33,286 nucleotides of DNA from Polyangia bacterium (GTDB lineage: Bacteria > Myxococcota_A > Polyangia > Fen-1088): the NCBI GenBank assembly GCA_035546895.1, contig DASZVW010000179.1, positions 1-33,286 on the forward strand, in the 5' to 3' direction. The translations under genes and the position numbers were made by a program. This document shows positions 17,319-25,143 of this stretch, in pieces (within the stretch, counting starts at the first letter, position 1; each line of letters starts with the position of its first letter). The notes under the pieces are model-generated. The model searched no databases, was not told the DNA's origin, and worked only from the letters and a program-made list of their open reading frames with translations.

Positions 17319-18449
17319 TTAGACGTGCGATTTATTCGCGCTGGCTCCGCCGGCCTTGGCTGCGCCGCCGCTCGACGCGCCGTTCCGGCCGCCGGAAGCG
17401 GCGTCGGGACGGGTGTTGCTGGCCACGGTGGCGCTGTCCCGGCCGCCCGCTCCCGTACCGCCGGAGCCTCCGCCTCCTCGGCCGCCCAAGTGGAGGGCGG
17501 AGGCGAGATGCTGGAAGGCGCCGGCAGCGCCGCCGCCCCGGCTACCACCGCCCGCCGCGCCGGAGGCGGCGGCAGTAGCGGCCTGAGCCCCCAACGAGGT
17601 GCCGCCCGAAAGGACGGCAGCACCGGTGGAGACCGCGCTGGTGACGTGCTGGCCGACGGCGTTGGCGCTGAGCGACGGGGATGCGGCGAGGAGGTCGGCG
17701 GCGAAGCCTGGTGCGCGCCAGACGAGGATCGCCAAGAGGATGCAAACGAGGCACATCGCGAGCGATTCGTTCAGGAGGACCTCGTTCCCTGTGGAGCTGA
17801 AGTGGAGCTGGCCCAACACGGGCTGGATCAGTGCCACCGTGAACGAGAGGACCATGAGCTTGACGCTGACGGCGACGGCGGCGCCGATTGCCTTCTCAGC
17901 GAGAAATCGCGTGTGCTGCGAGATGCCGAAGGGGATGAGGCAGCTCGCGAGGGTGACGACCAGGTAGTACTCGATGACGGCGATGCAAACCTGGCACGCG
18001 ATCAGGAAGAAGGACGCGACGAGAATCACGTAGCAGATAGCGTCGAGAATGAGGTCGCCGAGGTGGGTGATGCCGGCGTCCTGCATCGACTGGACGAGGG
18101 GCTGGGTGACGTCGAGGGCCATGCCAGCGATCTTGGAAGGGTCGAGGATGAGCCCGACGTTGCCGCCGGCACCGCCGGCGCTGAGAGCGATCTGGACCAG
18201 CGAGTCGGAGAAGAACTTCACCAGGGCGGGGAAGTGGGCGGCGAACCAACACCAGAAGCTCAATTGCATGAACTTCTTGAAAGGCTCGGAGACGGAGCCG
18301 CCGTCGAGGGCCATCCAGAGGCAGAAGGTCACGATCTCGATGATGGCGAGACCGCTGAGGAGGCCTCCTGCAGCTCCGACGCGGGCTTGGGCGCCAGAGA
18401 GCGCGTTGATGAAGGTGGTGAGGGTGCCGGTGAGGACGTTGAAGGTCAT
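17319..18449 (-). CDS. trbL: Conjugal transfer protein TrbL (VirB6 family)
   Basis: ATG at 18449. It is a polytopic membrane protein (LSGLAIIEIVTFCLWMAL, FWCWFAAHFPAL, ICYVILVASFFLIACQVCIAVIEYYLV and others) with the Gly/Ala-rich C-terminal tail typical of TrbL. Its position between trbJ and trbF fits. Confidence 0.85.
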   Translation of the reverse strand: MTFNVLTGTLTTFINALSGAQARVGAAGGLLSGLAIIEIVTFCLWMALDGGSVSEPFKKFMQLSFWCWFAAHFPALVKFFSDSLVQIALSAGGAGGNVGLILDPSKIAGMALDVTQPLVQSMQDAGITHLGDLILDAICYVILVASFFLIACQVCIAVIEYYLVVTLASCLIPFGISQHTRFLAEKAIGAAVAVSVKLMVLSFTVALIQPVLGQLHFSSTGNEVLLNESLAMCLVCILLAILVWRAPGFAADLLAASPSLSANAVGQHVTSAVSTGAAVLSGGTSLGAQAATAAASGAAGGGSRGGGAAGAFQHLASALHLGGRGGGGSGGTGAGGRDSATVASNTRPDAASGGRNGASSGGAAKAGGASANKSHV

Positions 18450-18455
18450 CGCACC

Positions 18456-18499
18456 CTGGTTGTCGAGAGCAGGGGCGAAAAAGTGTCCTAGAAAGCGCC
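18456..18499 (+). repeat. Conserved 44-nt intergenic motif, copy C (more diverged)
   Basis: CTGGTTGTCGAGAGCAGGGGCGAAAAAGTGTCCTAGAAAGCGCC. It aligns to copies A and B without gaps. It lies 6 nt from the trbL ATG, the same spacing as copy B has to trbF, and similarity continues to the start codon (minus strand: TCGACAACCAGGGTGCGATG versus TCGACAACTCGGGCGTGATG). Confidence 0.6.
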
Positions 18500-18629
18500 G
18501 CTTGGGCGACTACTGTGGCGCCTAACGGGTCAGCGCGGCAGCCAGAAGCGAGATCACATCGGGCCCTGCGGGCTCTGCCGGGAGCACTATTGGACGCCCA
18601 CGGTGAGATGCTGCTCGTGATCCACCCAC

Positions 18630-18658
18630 TTGACGGACCCTACGCTGCGCGTTCCTAT
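18630..18658 (+). promoter_or_regulatory. Candidate promoter (TTGACG-17 nt-TCCTAT), 7 nt before ATG 18666
   Basis: TTGACG at 18630-18635 and TCCTAT at 18653-18658. No SD-like sequence precedes the ATG, so the transcript may be leaderless. Confidence 0.3.
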
Positions 18659-18665
18659 CGTCACA

Positions 18666-20066
18666 ATGCGCAACTGCTTCGGGGGGGCGACACGCATTTC
18701 GCTGGCCGCGGCGGGTGTCGCGATCTTCTCGACGGGAAGCGCCTGTTCGAGTCACTCGCAAGGATCGCAGCTACCAACGGGAGCGGCAGGGAGTTCCGCC
18801 AACTTTGATGCCGCCGTCGAGCAAGTGTCCGCGCCACCTTCGGTGATAGTTGACGGCGGCAGTGTGCTTCTGCCCCCGAGCGGGGTCGACGATCTGCCAG
18901 TCGCCTTTTCTGTGGGAGGAATTGATTTCTTCGATCCTTTCCACTCGCTGCCGAGTGCCCCGTCGGTGCAGGTGTCAGCAACAATCGCCGGGGTGATCGG
19001 TACTTGGGATATCGAGCCCTCGGGGCCTCTGACCGCTCCTGTCTATCTCCGCGCCCAACTCACTGCGCCGCTCTCGCCGGGGCAGGTCCTCTTCGTGTGG
19101 CGGCAAGAATCTGGCGTTTGGAGCATCGAATCGGAAGCCGTCGTCGGCTCTGACGGCCAGCACCTTCTCTTTAGCCTCGACCATTTCTCGCTCCACGCTA
19201 TTTACGGCCCGGAACCACCGAACATGTGTCCATTCGGTGTCGGCGCTTTACCGGCGGGCGGCTGCGCTACCGAATTTGATAACTGCGTCGGTTCGGCGCT
19301 CGACACCTTCCTCAACACCGACTGCGCGAACGAGCCCAAAGCCGGAGATATCGCCGTCTGTCAAATAAACGCATGGCTGCTGCTGTATCATTTGTGTCAC
19401 TCATCCTGCCCAAGGCTTTCTCTCTGCAGTGCCAATCTCGTATGCACTGCATCGGGTTGCGCGTGCCCCGCGGGCATCACGTGCTCTAGTGGCCAGGTGG
19501 TCGACCCGAACGCTTGCATGTGCGAGTGCCCGACCAACGTGACTTGCCCAGCGGGCCAGGTCCTGGATCCCACGACCTGCATTTGTGAATGCCCCTCAGG
19601 AACCATAGCCTGCGGCGAGTCATGCGCCACGTCATGCAACAGTGCCCCGGATGCGGGCGCGTCGTGTGACCCTCCCTGCCCGGGCGTTGTCAACGGTCCG
19701 TGGTCCGACTGTCGCTGGAGTCTCGGATGTGGTGGCCCCTATCAAACCCGCAGCGTTCAAACGAGCACCTGCGTAAACGGGACCTGCCAACTCGAGGCTC
19801 AGCCGAATGAGACCCAATCTTGCGATACCCCTGTTGACACCAACCCCGGCGTCTTGCACCGCGTGGACGCAGCAAGCGGCACGTGCGATCGCGAATACTA
19901 CTGGTGTGAACTGAATCCGCCCGCACCGACTGGGAGTGATTGCAGCTACGTAGGATGCAACGGACATCTTTGTCAGCAAAACTCCTGTGCACCGTGCCCT
20001 GGCGGTGACTGCTCCCAGTGTCTGGTGTGTAGCAGTTCGATCGGTACGACCGCAGAGTGTCCCTAA
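18666..20066 (+). CDS. Secreted or lipoprotein-like Cys-rich protein (repeated CP..CxCEC modules plus a thrombospondin-type-1-like motif)
   Basis: I prefer ATG 18666 to the listed TTG at 18630. The signal peptide is MRNCFGGATRISLAAAGVAIFSTGSAC. The C-terminal half has about 50 Cys, including the duplicated module CPAGITCSSGQVVDPNACMCEC / CPAGQVLDPTTCICEC and GPWSDCRWSLGCGGPYQTRSVQTSTC (WSxC..CGxGxxxR..C pattern). It is oriented against the flanking trb genes. Confidence 0.75.
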   Translation: MRNCFGGATRISLAAAGVAIFSTGSACSSHSQGSQLPTGAAGSSANFDAAVEQVSAPPSVIVDGGSVLLPPSGVDDLPVAFSVGGIDFFDPFHSLPSAPSVQVSATIAGVIGTWDIEPSGPLTAPVYLRAQLTAPLSPGQVLFVWRQESGVWSIESEAVVGSDGQHLLFSLDHFSLHAIYGPEPPNMCPFGVGALPAGGCATEFDNCVGSALDTFLNTDCANEPKAGDIAVCQINAWLLLYHLCHSSCPRLSLCSANLVCTASGCACPAGITCSSGQVVDPNACMCECPTNVTCPAGQVLDPTTCICECPSGTIACGESCATSCNSAPDAGASCDPPCPGVVNGPWSDCRWSLGCGGPYQTRSVQTSTCVNGTCQLEAQPNETQSCDTPVDTNPGVLHRVDAASGTCDREYYWCELNPPAPTGSDCSYVGCNGHLCQQNSCAPCPGGDCSQCLVCSSSIGTTAECP

Positions 20067-20349
20067 AGCACCCTGGGCGCGCGCCGGCACTTTGTGGGGG
20101 GGCCGCAACCGTGACAACGACAGTCCGTCGAGGTCCGTCAGGGGCACGTCTTCAGGGATGCGACAGCTCGGGAGATGGCGCTCGGGTTCCCGCTTTAAAG
20201 AGGCGCCGCGGCGGAGGCCTCGAACGGCGGGGTCTGTCGAGACGGCATAGCCTGGCGCCGCCATGCTGGCGACCAGCGGCCCTAAACTAAGGCGCCGTCG
20301 GAATGCCATGCGCAAGCTCGCACCACAACCCGCGTAAAGTTTGTGGGGG

Positions 20350-21102
20350 CTAGGGGAGCCTCGTCAGCGTCGGAGCGGGCGGTCCACGGTAAGTGTAATT
20401 CTGGAGCCGGCGTCGGTTTCGCTCGCGGGACATCTCCTGGTCGCCGGTGGACGCGGCGATGTAGTCGGTCACCACGCGGCCCAAGGTGGAGAGGTTCTGG
20501 ACGAGATTGGCGAGCTCCGTGTGGATGAGAGCGAGCTGCTGGTTGACGATCTGCAGCTGCTGAATCTCGCCGGTCGATGCGCTGTTCGCTGTGAGGAGCG
20601 CCTTCTGAATGGCGGCGTTGTTGGCGTCGAGCGTCGAGATGACAGTCTGAGCGCGCACGGCAGCGAGCGACGAAGCGGTGATCTCGGCGTGCCAGTTGTC
20701 GTAGCTGGAGTTGAAGCTGGCGTAGGGAGCTGACTGCCAGGCCTTCTGATTCGCGGGAAAGAGACGGTTGAAGTTGGTGCTGACGACGTTCGCGGTGTAG
20801 CCGATGGAGTTGATGTCGCCTTGGAGCGTGGCGAAGGTCATCTGGACTTGGTTGATGGCGCTGATGAGTCCCGAGATCGAGGTCGGGTCGATGGTCTTGA
20901 GGTTTTGGATTTGGTACTGGAGCTGCGTCTTCATCACCTGCAACTGGTTCGCGGTGTTGATGACCAGCTGGGCGGTCTGGAGCGCGGTCTTGATGTTCTG
21001 TAGGAGATTGCTGTGGTCGACGACGGCGAGCTGGGCGCGAGCCGGGCGGCCCGTCGCAGCGAAGGCGGCCAGGAATGCGGTCAGGACGAAGGTTCTGCGC
21101 AT
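20350..21102 (-). CDS. trbJ: Conjugal transfer protein TrbJ (VirB5-like)
   Basis: ATG at 21102 follows GAGGAGG. The signal peptide is MRRTFVLTAFLAAFAATGRPARA, followed by VVDHSNLLQNIKTALQTAQLV and Q/N-rich coiled coil typical of TrbJ. It lies immediately downstream of trbE. Confidence 0.85.
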   Translation of the reverse strand: MRRTFVLTAFLAAFAATGRPARAQLAVVDHSNLLQNIKTALQTAQLVINTANQLQVMKTQLQYQIQNLKTIDPTSISGLISAINQVQMTFATLQGDINSIGYTANVVSTNFNRLFPANQKAWQSAPYASFNSSYDNWHAEITASSLAAVRAQTVISTLDANNAAIQKALLTANSASTGEIQQLQIVNQQLALIHTELANLVQNLSTLGRVVTDYIAASTGDQEMSRERNRRRLQNYTYRGPPAPTLTRLP

Positions 21103-21113
21103 GGGGTACCTCC

Positions 21114-23576
21114 TCAGGATCGGAACGGGGCGGTTCGACGGGCGGCGCCAGCGGCGGCCACCGCGGCCGCCTCGAGGCCGCGGCTCCGAAGGATTGCTTC
21201 CGCTCGGCGGTCGGGCGGCGTCGCGGCGACAATCTCGTCGAGAATGCGATGATCGGCAGGCGTCGACATACCCGCGAAGGCCAGGGCCGTCGGCCCGAGA
21301 TCGAGCGTGAAAAGGCGGCGGCCGTGAACGGAGCGGTAGTAGTAGTCCCGCTTCTTCTGGGCTTGGGCGATGATCGAGATTTCGGTCTCGCTGAGACCGA
21401 AGCCGGCGTAGGCAGAGGCAATCTTGGGCGTGAGCGCCTCTTCGTTCGGGAGGTAGATCTTCGTGGGGCAGGCGCTCAGGATCGTGGGAAGGATGGGGGA
21501 GTCGGCCGCGTCCGCGACCTCCTGGGTCGCGAAGGTCACGTAGACGTTCTTCTTGCGCAAGGTCTTGAGCCAGGCCTGCAGGCGGCTGGCGAAGCTCGGG
21601 TGCTTCAGGAAGAGCCAGGCCTCGTCGAGGATCATGAGCGTTGGGTTGCCGTCGAAGGACTGCTCGACCTGGTGAAAGAGGTAATCCAGTGCGGGGACGA
21701 TCACCTCCTCGCCCAGAGCCATGAGGTGGCCCATCTCGACGTGGACCCAGGGCGAGAGACGGAGATGATCCTGGCGGGAGTCGAAGATCTGGCCGAAACG
21801 GCCGCCGGCGGGGTCGACGGTGTAGGGCTTGATGACTGCGCCGAGCTCGGGGCCGAGCAGACCTGCAAAGACCGAGAGCGTCCGGTGTGGTCCCGGCATG
21901 GTTGCTAGATGGGCGACGACCTCGGAGACGCGGGCCTTGCGGGCGGGTGTCAGCTCGTAGTTCTGGGCTGCGATCAGGTTGAGGACGAACTGTGTCGCCC
22001 AGTGGCGCTCCGCCCGCTCGTCGATCCGAGCTAACGGCTGAAAGGCGAACTCAGAGGCGTCGTTGCCGGGCTCGTAGTAAGCGCCACCGACGGCAATGGT
22101 GGCCGCCCGGGCCGAGCGATCCTTGTCGAAGATGATGACGCGGGCACCGGGATAGCGCTGGAACTGCAGGGCGAGCAGGGCGAGGAGCGTGCTCTTGCCG
22201 GCGCCGGTGGGGCCGATGATGAGGGTGTGGCCGACGTCCTGGACGGCCAAGTTGAGACGGAACGGAGTATCGCCGCTGGTGCTGCAGGTGATGTGAGAGG
22301 TACCAACGCCGGAGACGTCGCGAAGGTGTTTGCTCTCGGGGGCGCCGGCCCAGACTGCGGAGACAGGCATCAGGTGGGCGAGATTCACGGTGTGGAGGAT
22401 CGGGCGCCGGACGTTGGCGTAGACGTTGCCCGGGTGCGAGCCAAGCCAGGCGTCGCGGGAGTTGAGCGACTCGTCCTTGACGGCAAAGCCGCGGCCTTGG
22501 ATCACCTGCTTGATGGTCTGGACCTTCCGGCGGGCATTCTCGAGATCGGTGTCCCAGACGGTGACGGTGGCGGTGAAGTACCCGAAGGCCACCTGGTCGT
22601 CGCCGAGGAGGTTGAGCGCTGCGTCAGCGTCGGCCGACTTGGCGATCGCGGCGCCGTCGACGAAGGCGGACTCTTGCTTCATCGCCTGTTCCTTGAGGAG
22701 CTGGAGAAAGCCCTTCTGCTTCTGGAACCAGCCCTTCCGGTATTTCTGCAGCTCGCTCTCGGCGTCCTGCTTGTCCAAGAAGATGAAGCGGGTGACCCAG
22801 CGGTATTCGAGCGGCAGTTGATTGAGGTCGTCCAGAATCCCGGGGTAGGCGGACGGCGGGAAGGAGGCGACGGTGCACGTCGGGATGTAATGGCTGCCCA
22901 ACATGGGAACGTCGCCGGGCGTGAAGGCCATGTCCGAGAGGATGCCGTCGAGGTACATAGGCACAGAGGGCCGACGCACAATGTGGCGATTCATCGAGAC
23001 GGTGGAGTGCAGATACGTGAGGGTCTCGTCGTCGTCGAGCGGACGGACCTCGGGGAAGACGCCGGCCATGATGTCAGCCAGCTCGGCGACCTGTTTTCGG
23101 AACTGAGCGATGACGTCGAGGATCTCTTCGTTCGGTTTGGCCGTCTCCGGGTCCTCGAAGAAGAGGGCTTCGGCGCGGCGCGCGCGCGCAGACGGGGGGT
23201 TCCAGACGAAGGTCAGGTAGTAGGACGATTCGTAGCGCGCGCCGGCCTGCTGGAACGCTGCTCGCCGCTCGACGTCGACGATCCAGGAGGCGACGTTTGG
23301 CCACGTGGAGCTGGGGTAGTCATTCGCCGCCCGCCTCTGGGCCTCGACGAAGAGGGTCCAGCCCGATCCGAAACGACGAAGGGCGTTGTTGAGACGAGCA
23401 ATGCCTGACACGAGCTCCGAGGGGCTCGAGCTGGCGAGATCAGGTCCCCGAAAGGCGAGGGTCTGCTGGAGAAAGCCGTCCTTCTGGAGGATGACGCCAC
23501 CGTCGATGATGGCCGCCCAAGGAAGAAGGTCGGGGAGCCGGTGTGTCGGTTGGCGATACTGGCGGAGAGAGAACAT
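21114..23576 (-). CDS. trbE: Conjugal transfer ATPase TrbE (VirB4 family)
   Basis: ATG at 23576 follows GAGGAG. 820 aa with Walker A IIGPTGAGKSTLLALL and Walker B LMILDEAWLFL. Its size and position after trbD fit VirB4/TrbE. Confidence 0.95.
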   Translation of the reverse strand: MFSLRQYRQPTHRLPDLLPWAAIIDGGVILQKDGFLQQTLAFRGPDLASSSPSELVSGIARLNNALRRFGSGWTLFVEAQRRAANDYPSSTWPNVASWIVDVERRAAFQQAGARYESSYYLTFVWNPPSARARRAEALFFEDPETAKPNEEILDVIAQFRKQVAELADIMAGVFPEVRPLDDDETLTYLHSTVSMNRHIVRRPSVPMYLDGILSDMAFTPGDVPMLGSHYIPTCTVASFPPSAYPGILDDLNQLPLEYRWVTRFIFLDKQDAESELQKYRKGWFQKQKGFLQLLKEQAMKQESAFVDGAAIAKSADADAALNLLGDDQVAFGYFTATVTVWDTDLENARRKVQTIKQVIQGRGFAVKDESLNSRDAWLGSHPGNVYANVRRPILHTVNLAHLMPVSAVWAGAPESKHLRDVSGVGTSHITCSTSGDTPFRLNLAVQDVGHTLIIGPTGAGKSTLLALLALQFQRYPGARVIIFDKDRSARAATIAVGGAYYEPGNDASEFAFQPLARIDERAERHWATQFVLNLIAAQNYELTPARKARVSEVVAHLATMPGPHRTLSVFAGLLGPELGAVIKPYTVDPAGGRFGQIFDSRQDHLRLSPWVHVEMGHLMALGEEVIVPALDYLFHQVEQSFDGNPTLMILDEAWLFLKHPSFASRLQAWLKTLRKKNVYVTFATQEVADAADSPILPTILSACPTKIYLPNEEALTPKIASAYAGFGLSETEISIIAQAQKKRDYYYRSVHGRRLFTLDLGPTALAFAGMSTPADHRILDEIVAATPPDRRAEAILRSRGLEAAAVAAAGAARRTAPFRS

Positions 23577-23586
23577 GAGGTTCTCC

Positions 23587-23847
23587 TCAGGGTTCGAGGT
23601 GGTGTTGGGCGCGCAGCGCGCGTTGGAAGACTTCGAAGAAGTGCGGTTCGCGCTTCGTGAGGTGGACGAACAGGAAGTGAAGGGCGATCTGGATAGGAAG
23701 GAACCAGAGCTGGTAGAGGCCGAGGATGACGACCATCCCCGGCGTCCACAGCAGGATGGCGAAGGTTCGAGGGAGGCCAGCGACGAGAAGCGGGGCGGTC
23801 AAAGAGCGGTGGATCGGTACCTCGAAGCCTTCGGGTAGCGGCGCCAT
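23587..23847 (-). CDS. trbD: Conjugal transfer protein TrbD (VirB3-like)
   Basis: 86 aa. The motif IHRSLTAPLLVAGLPRTFAILLWT is followed by a second TM segment. It lies between trbC and trbE. Confidence 0.85.
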   Translation of the reverse strand: MAPLPEGFEVPIHRSLTAPLLVAGLPRTFAILLWTPGMVVILGLYQLWFLPIQIALHFLFVHLTKREPHFFEVFQRALRAQHHLEP

Positions 23848-23856
23848 CGTTGGGCT

Positions 23857-24198
23857 CTAGAGAGCGAGCCCGCCGGAGAACCCCAGGAACGGGAGCGCGA
23901 ACTGTCCGACGGTGAAGCAGATCGAGAGGGCGAAGATGATGGTGATGAACTTCTTCATCGCGTGGCCGCTCTCGGCGATCACCATTCCCAGCGCGGTAAT
24001 CACGATGCCGGCGATGCCGATGCCCTTGGCCACGGGACCGGTCAGCGAGGTCACGAGCTGGGAGATCGGCCCTTCCCAGGGCATGCCCGCGCTCGCCGCG
24101 AAGGCGTTGGCGCCGATGCAGAAGAGGATCGCGGCGACGGCCGCAGCGACGGGGAAATGGAGGTTGCGAATCAGGTGGTGGGCGGTCTTGGTCTTCAT
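23857..24198 (-). CDS. trbC: Pilin-like TrbC (VirB2 family)
   Basis: ATG at 24198 follows GGAG. 113 aa with a long signal-like N-terminus and two hydrophobic helices (GIGIAGIVITALGMVIAESG, IIFALSICFTVGQFALPFLGF), as expected for VirB2/TrbC pilins. Confidence 0.85.
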   Translation of the reverse strand: MKTKTAHHLIRNLHFPVAAAVAAILFCIGANAFAASAGMPWEGPISQLVTSLTGPVAKGIGIAGIVITALGMVIAESGHAMKKFITIIFALSICFTVGQFALPFLGFSGGLAL

Positions 24199-24293
24199 GG
24201 TGTTGGCTCCAGTGCGAGGTGTGGTGAAGCGGTTAAGCGAAGCGAAGGGCCGGTGAGGGGTGTAGGGAGTCGCGTCGGGTCGACGGTCGCGGT

Positions 24294-24704
24294 TCAGAGA
24301 GGGAGGTCGTCGTCGGCCGGCGGATCGGCGTGAGGCGGGACGACGTCGTTGGCGATCGGGGTTTCGCCAGCGCGCGCGCGGATTCCGAAGTCGATCCAGT
24401 CGGTCCCACGGACCTCGACGGAGGTCCGGGTGGCGCCGTCTTTCTCGTAGGTGCTGACCCGAAGCGCGCCTTCGACGCGCACGAGAGAGCCCTTGCGGAC
24501 GTGATCGACGATCTGATTGGCCGCGGGCCCGAAGAACACGATGCGGTGCCAGTCGGTGTGCTCGCGGGGCTGATCGTCCTTGCCGCGCCAGCGGGTGGTC
24601 GTGGCGAGGTTGAAGCGGGCGATCGGGGTCCCGGAAGCGGTGGTGCTGGCCTCCGGGTCTCGCCCGACGAAGCCGATGAGGTCGATGTGATTGTGTGTTT
24701 TCAT
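24294..24704 (-). CDS. ssb: Single-stranded DNA-binding protein (single OB fold, acidic tip)
   Basis: ATG at 24704 follows AAAGGA. The sequence is IDLIGFVGRDPE...ARFNLATT...TDWHRIVFFGPAANQIVDHVRKGSLVRVEGALRVSTYEKDG, with C-terminus PPADDDLPL (compare the canonical DDDIPF tip). Confidence 0.9.
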   Translation of the reverse strand: MKTHNHIDLIGFVGRDPEASTTASGTPIARFNLATTTRWRGKDDQPREHTDWHRIVFFGPAANQIVDHVRKGSLVRVEGALRVSTYEKDGATRTSVEVRGTDWIDFGIRARAGETPIANDVVPPHADPPADDDLPL

Positions 24705-24725
24705 GGCGGCTGGGTCCTTTCAGCC

Positions 24726-24769
24726 GGAGTTATCGAGACGAGGCCTAAAAATCGGACCTACTTTTTTCG
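24726..24769 (+). repeat. Conserved 44-nt intergenic motif, copy D
   Basis: GGAGTTATCGAGACGAGGCCTAAAAATCGGACCTACTTTTTTCG. The first 13 nt are identical to copy A, and 27 of the first 34 positions match A without gaps. It lies 21 nt upstream (minus strand) of the ssb ATG at 24704, at the head of the ssb-trbCDEJ block. Confidence 0.65.
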
Positions 24770-24858
24770 TGCCCCGGTGTCCGGCCGGCGGAAGGCGGTA
24801 GGGAAGAGGGTCGGGCGGGGCGTGACGGGGTGGGTCACGCAGCGTCGGTGGGCGGTCG

Positions 24859-25143
24859 GTGCCGCGGGCTGGGGTTGTAGATTTCGTAGAATTTCGCCGT
24901 GGGCGTGCCATCAGTCGCGACGATCCGAAGACGGCTGGGGCGGAGCGGTTGCGGTTGGCGCTGGTGAGCGATCTCCTGGTGCTTAAGTTGGCCGCTGCTG
25001 AGGATGGAATGCGCCCGCCAGCGGCCCGGCGGAGGGACCTGGTGGACGTCATCGAGCTCGCGGAGGAGTGCCGCCCTGTCGCGCGAGAAGTGCCGCTGCT
25101 GGCGGGGCGGGTGGAGCTGCTGACGTCGGAGCTGTTGACGTAG
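24859..25143 (+). pseudogene. Possible 3' remnant of a small nucleotidyltransferase-fold (MNT/AbiEii-like) gene
   Basis: The ORF starts at a GTG. The segment VVDFVEF...ERLRLALVSDLLVLKLAAAEDG...RRRDLVDVIELAEE resembles the C-terminal helix pattern (vDfl ... edLi.lKl.A.R.kD..Dv..L) of minimal nucleotidyltransferases. The catalytic N-terminal GS...D.D part is absent. Confidence 0.25.
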
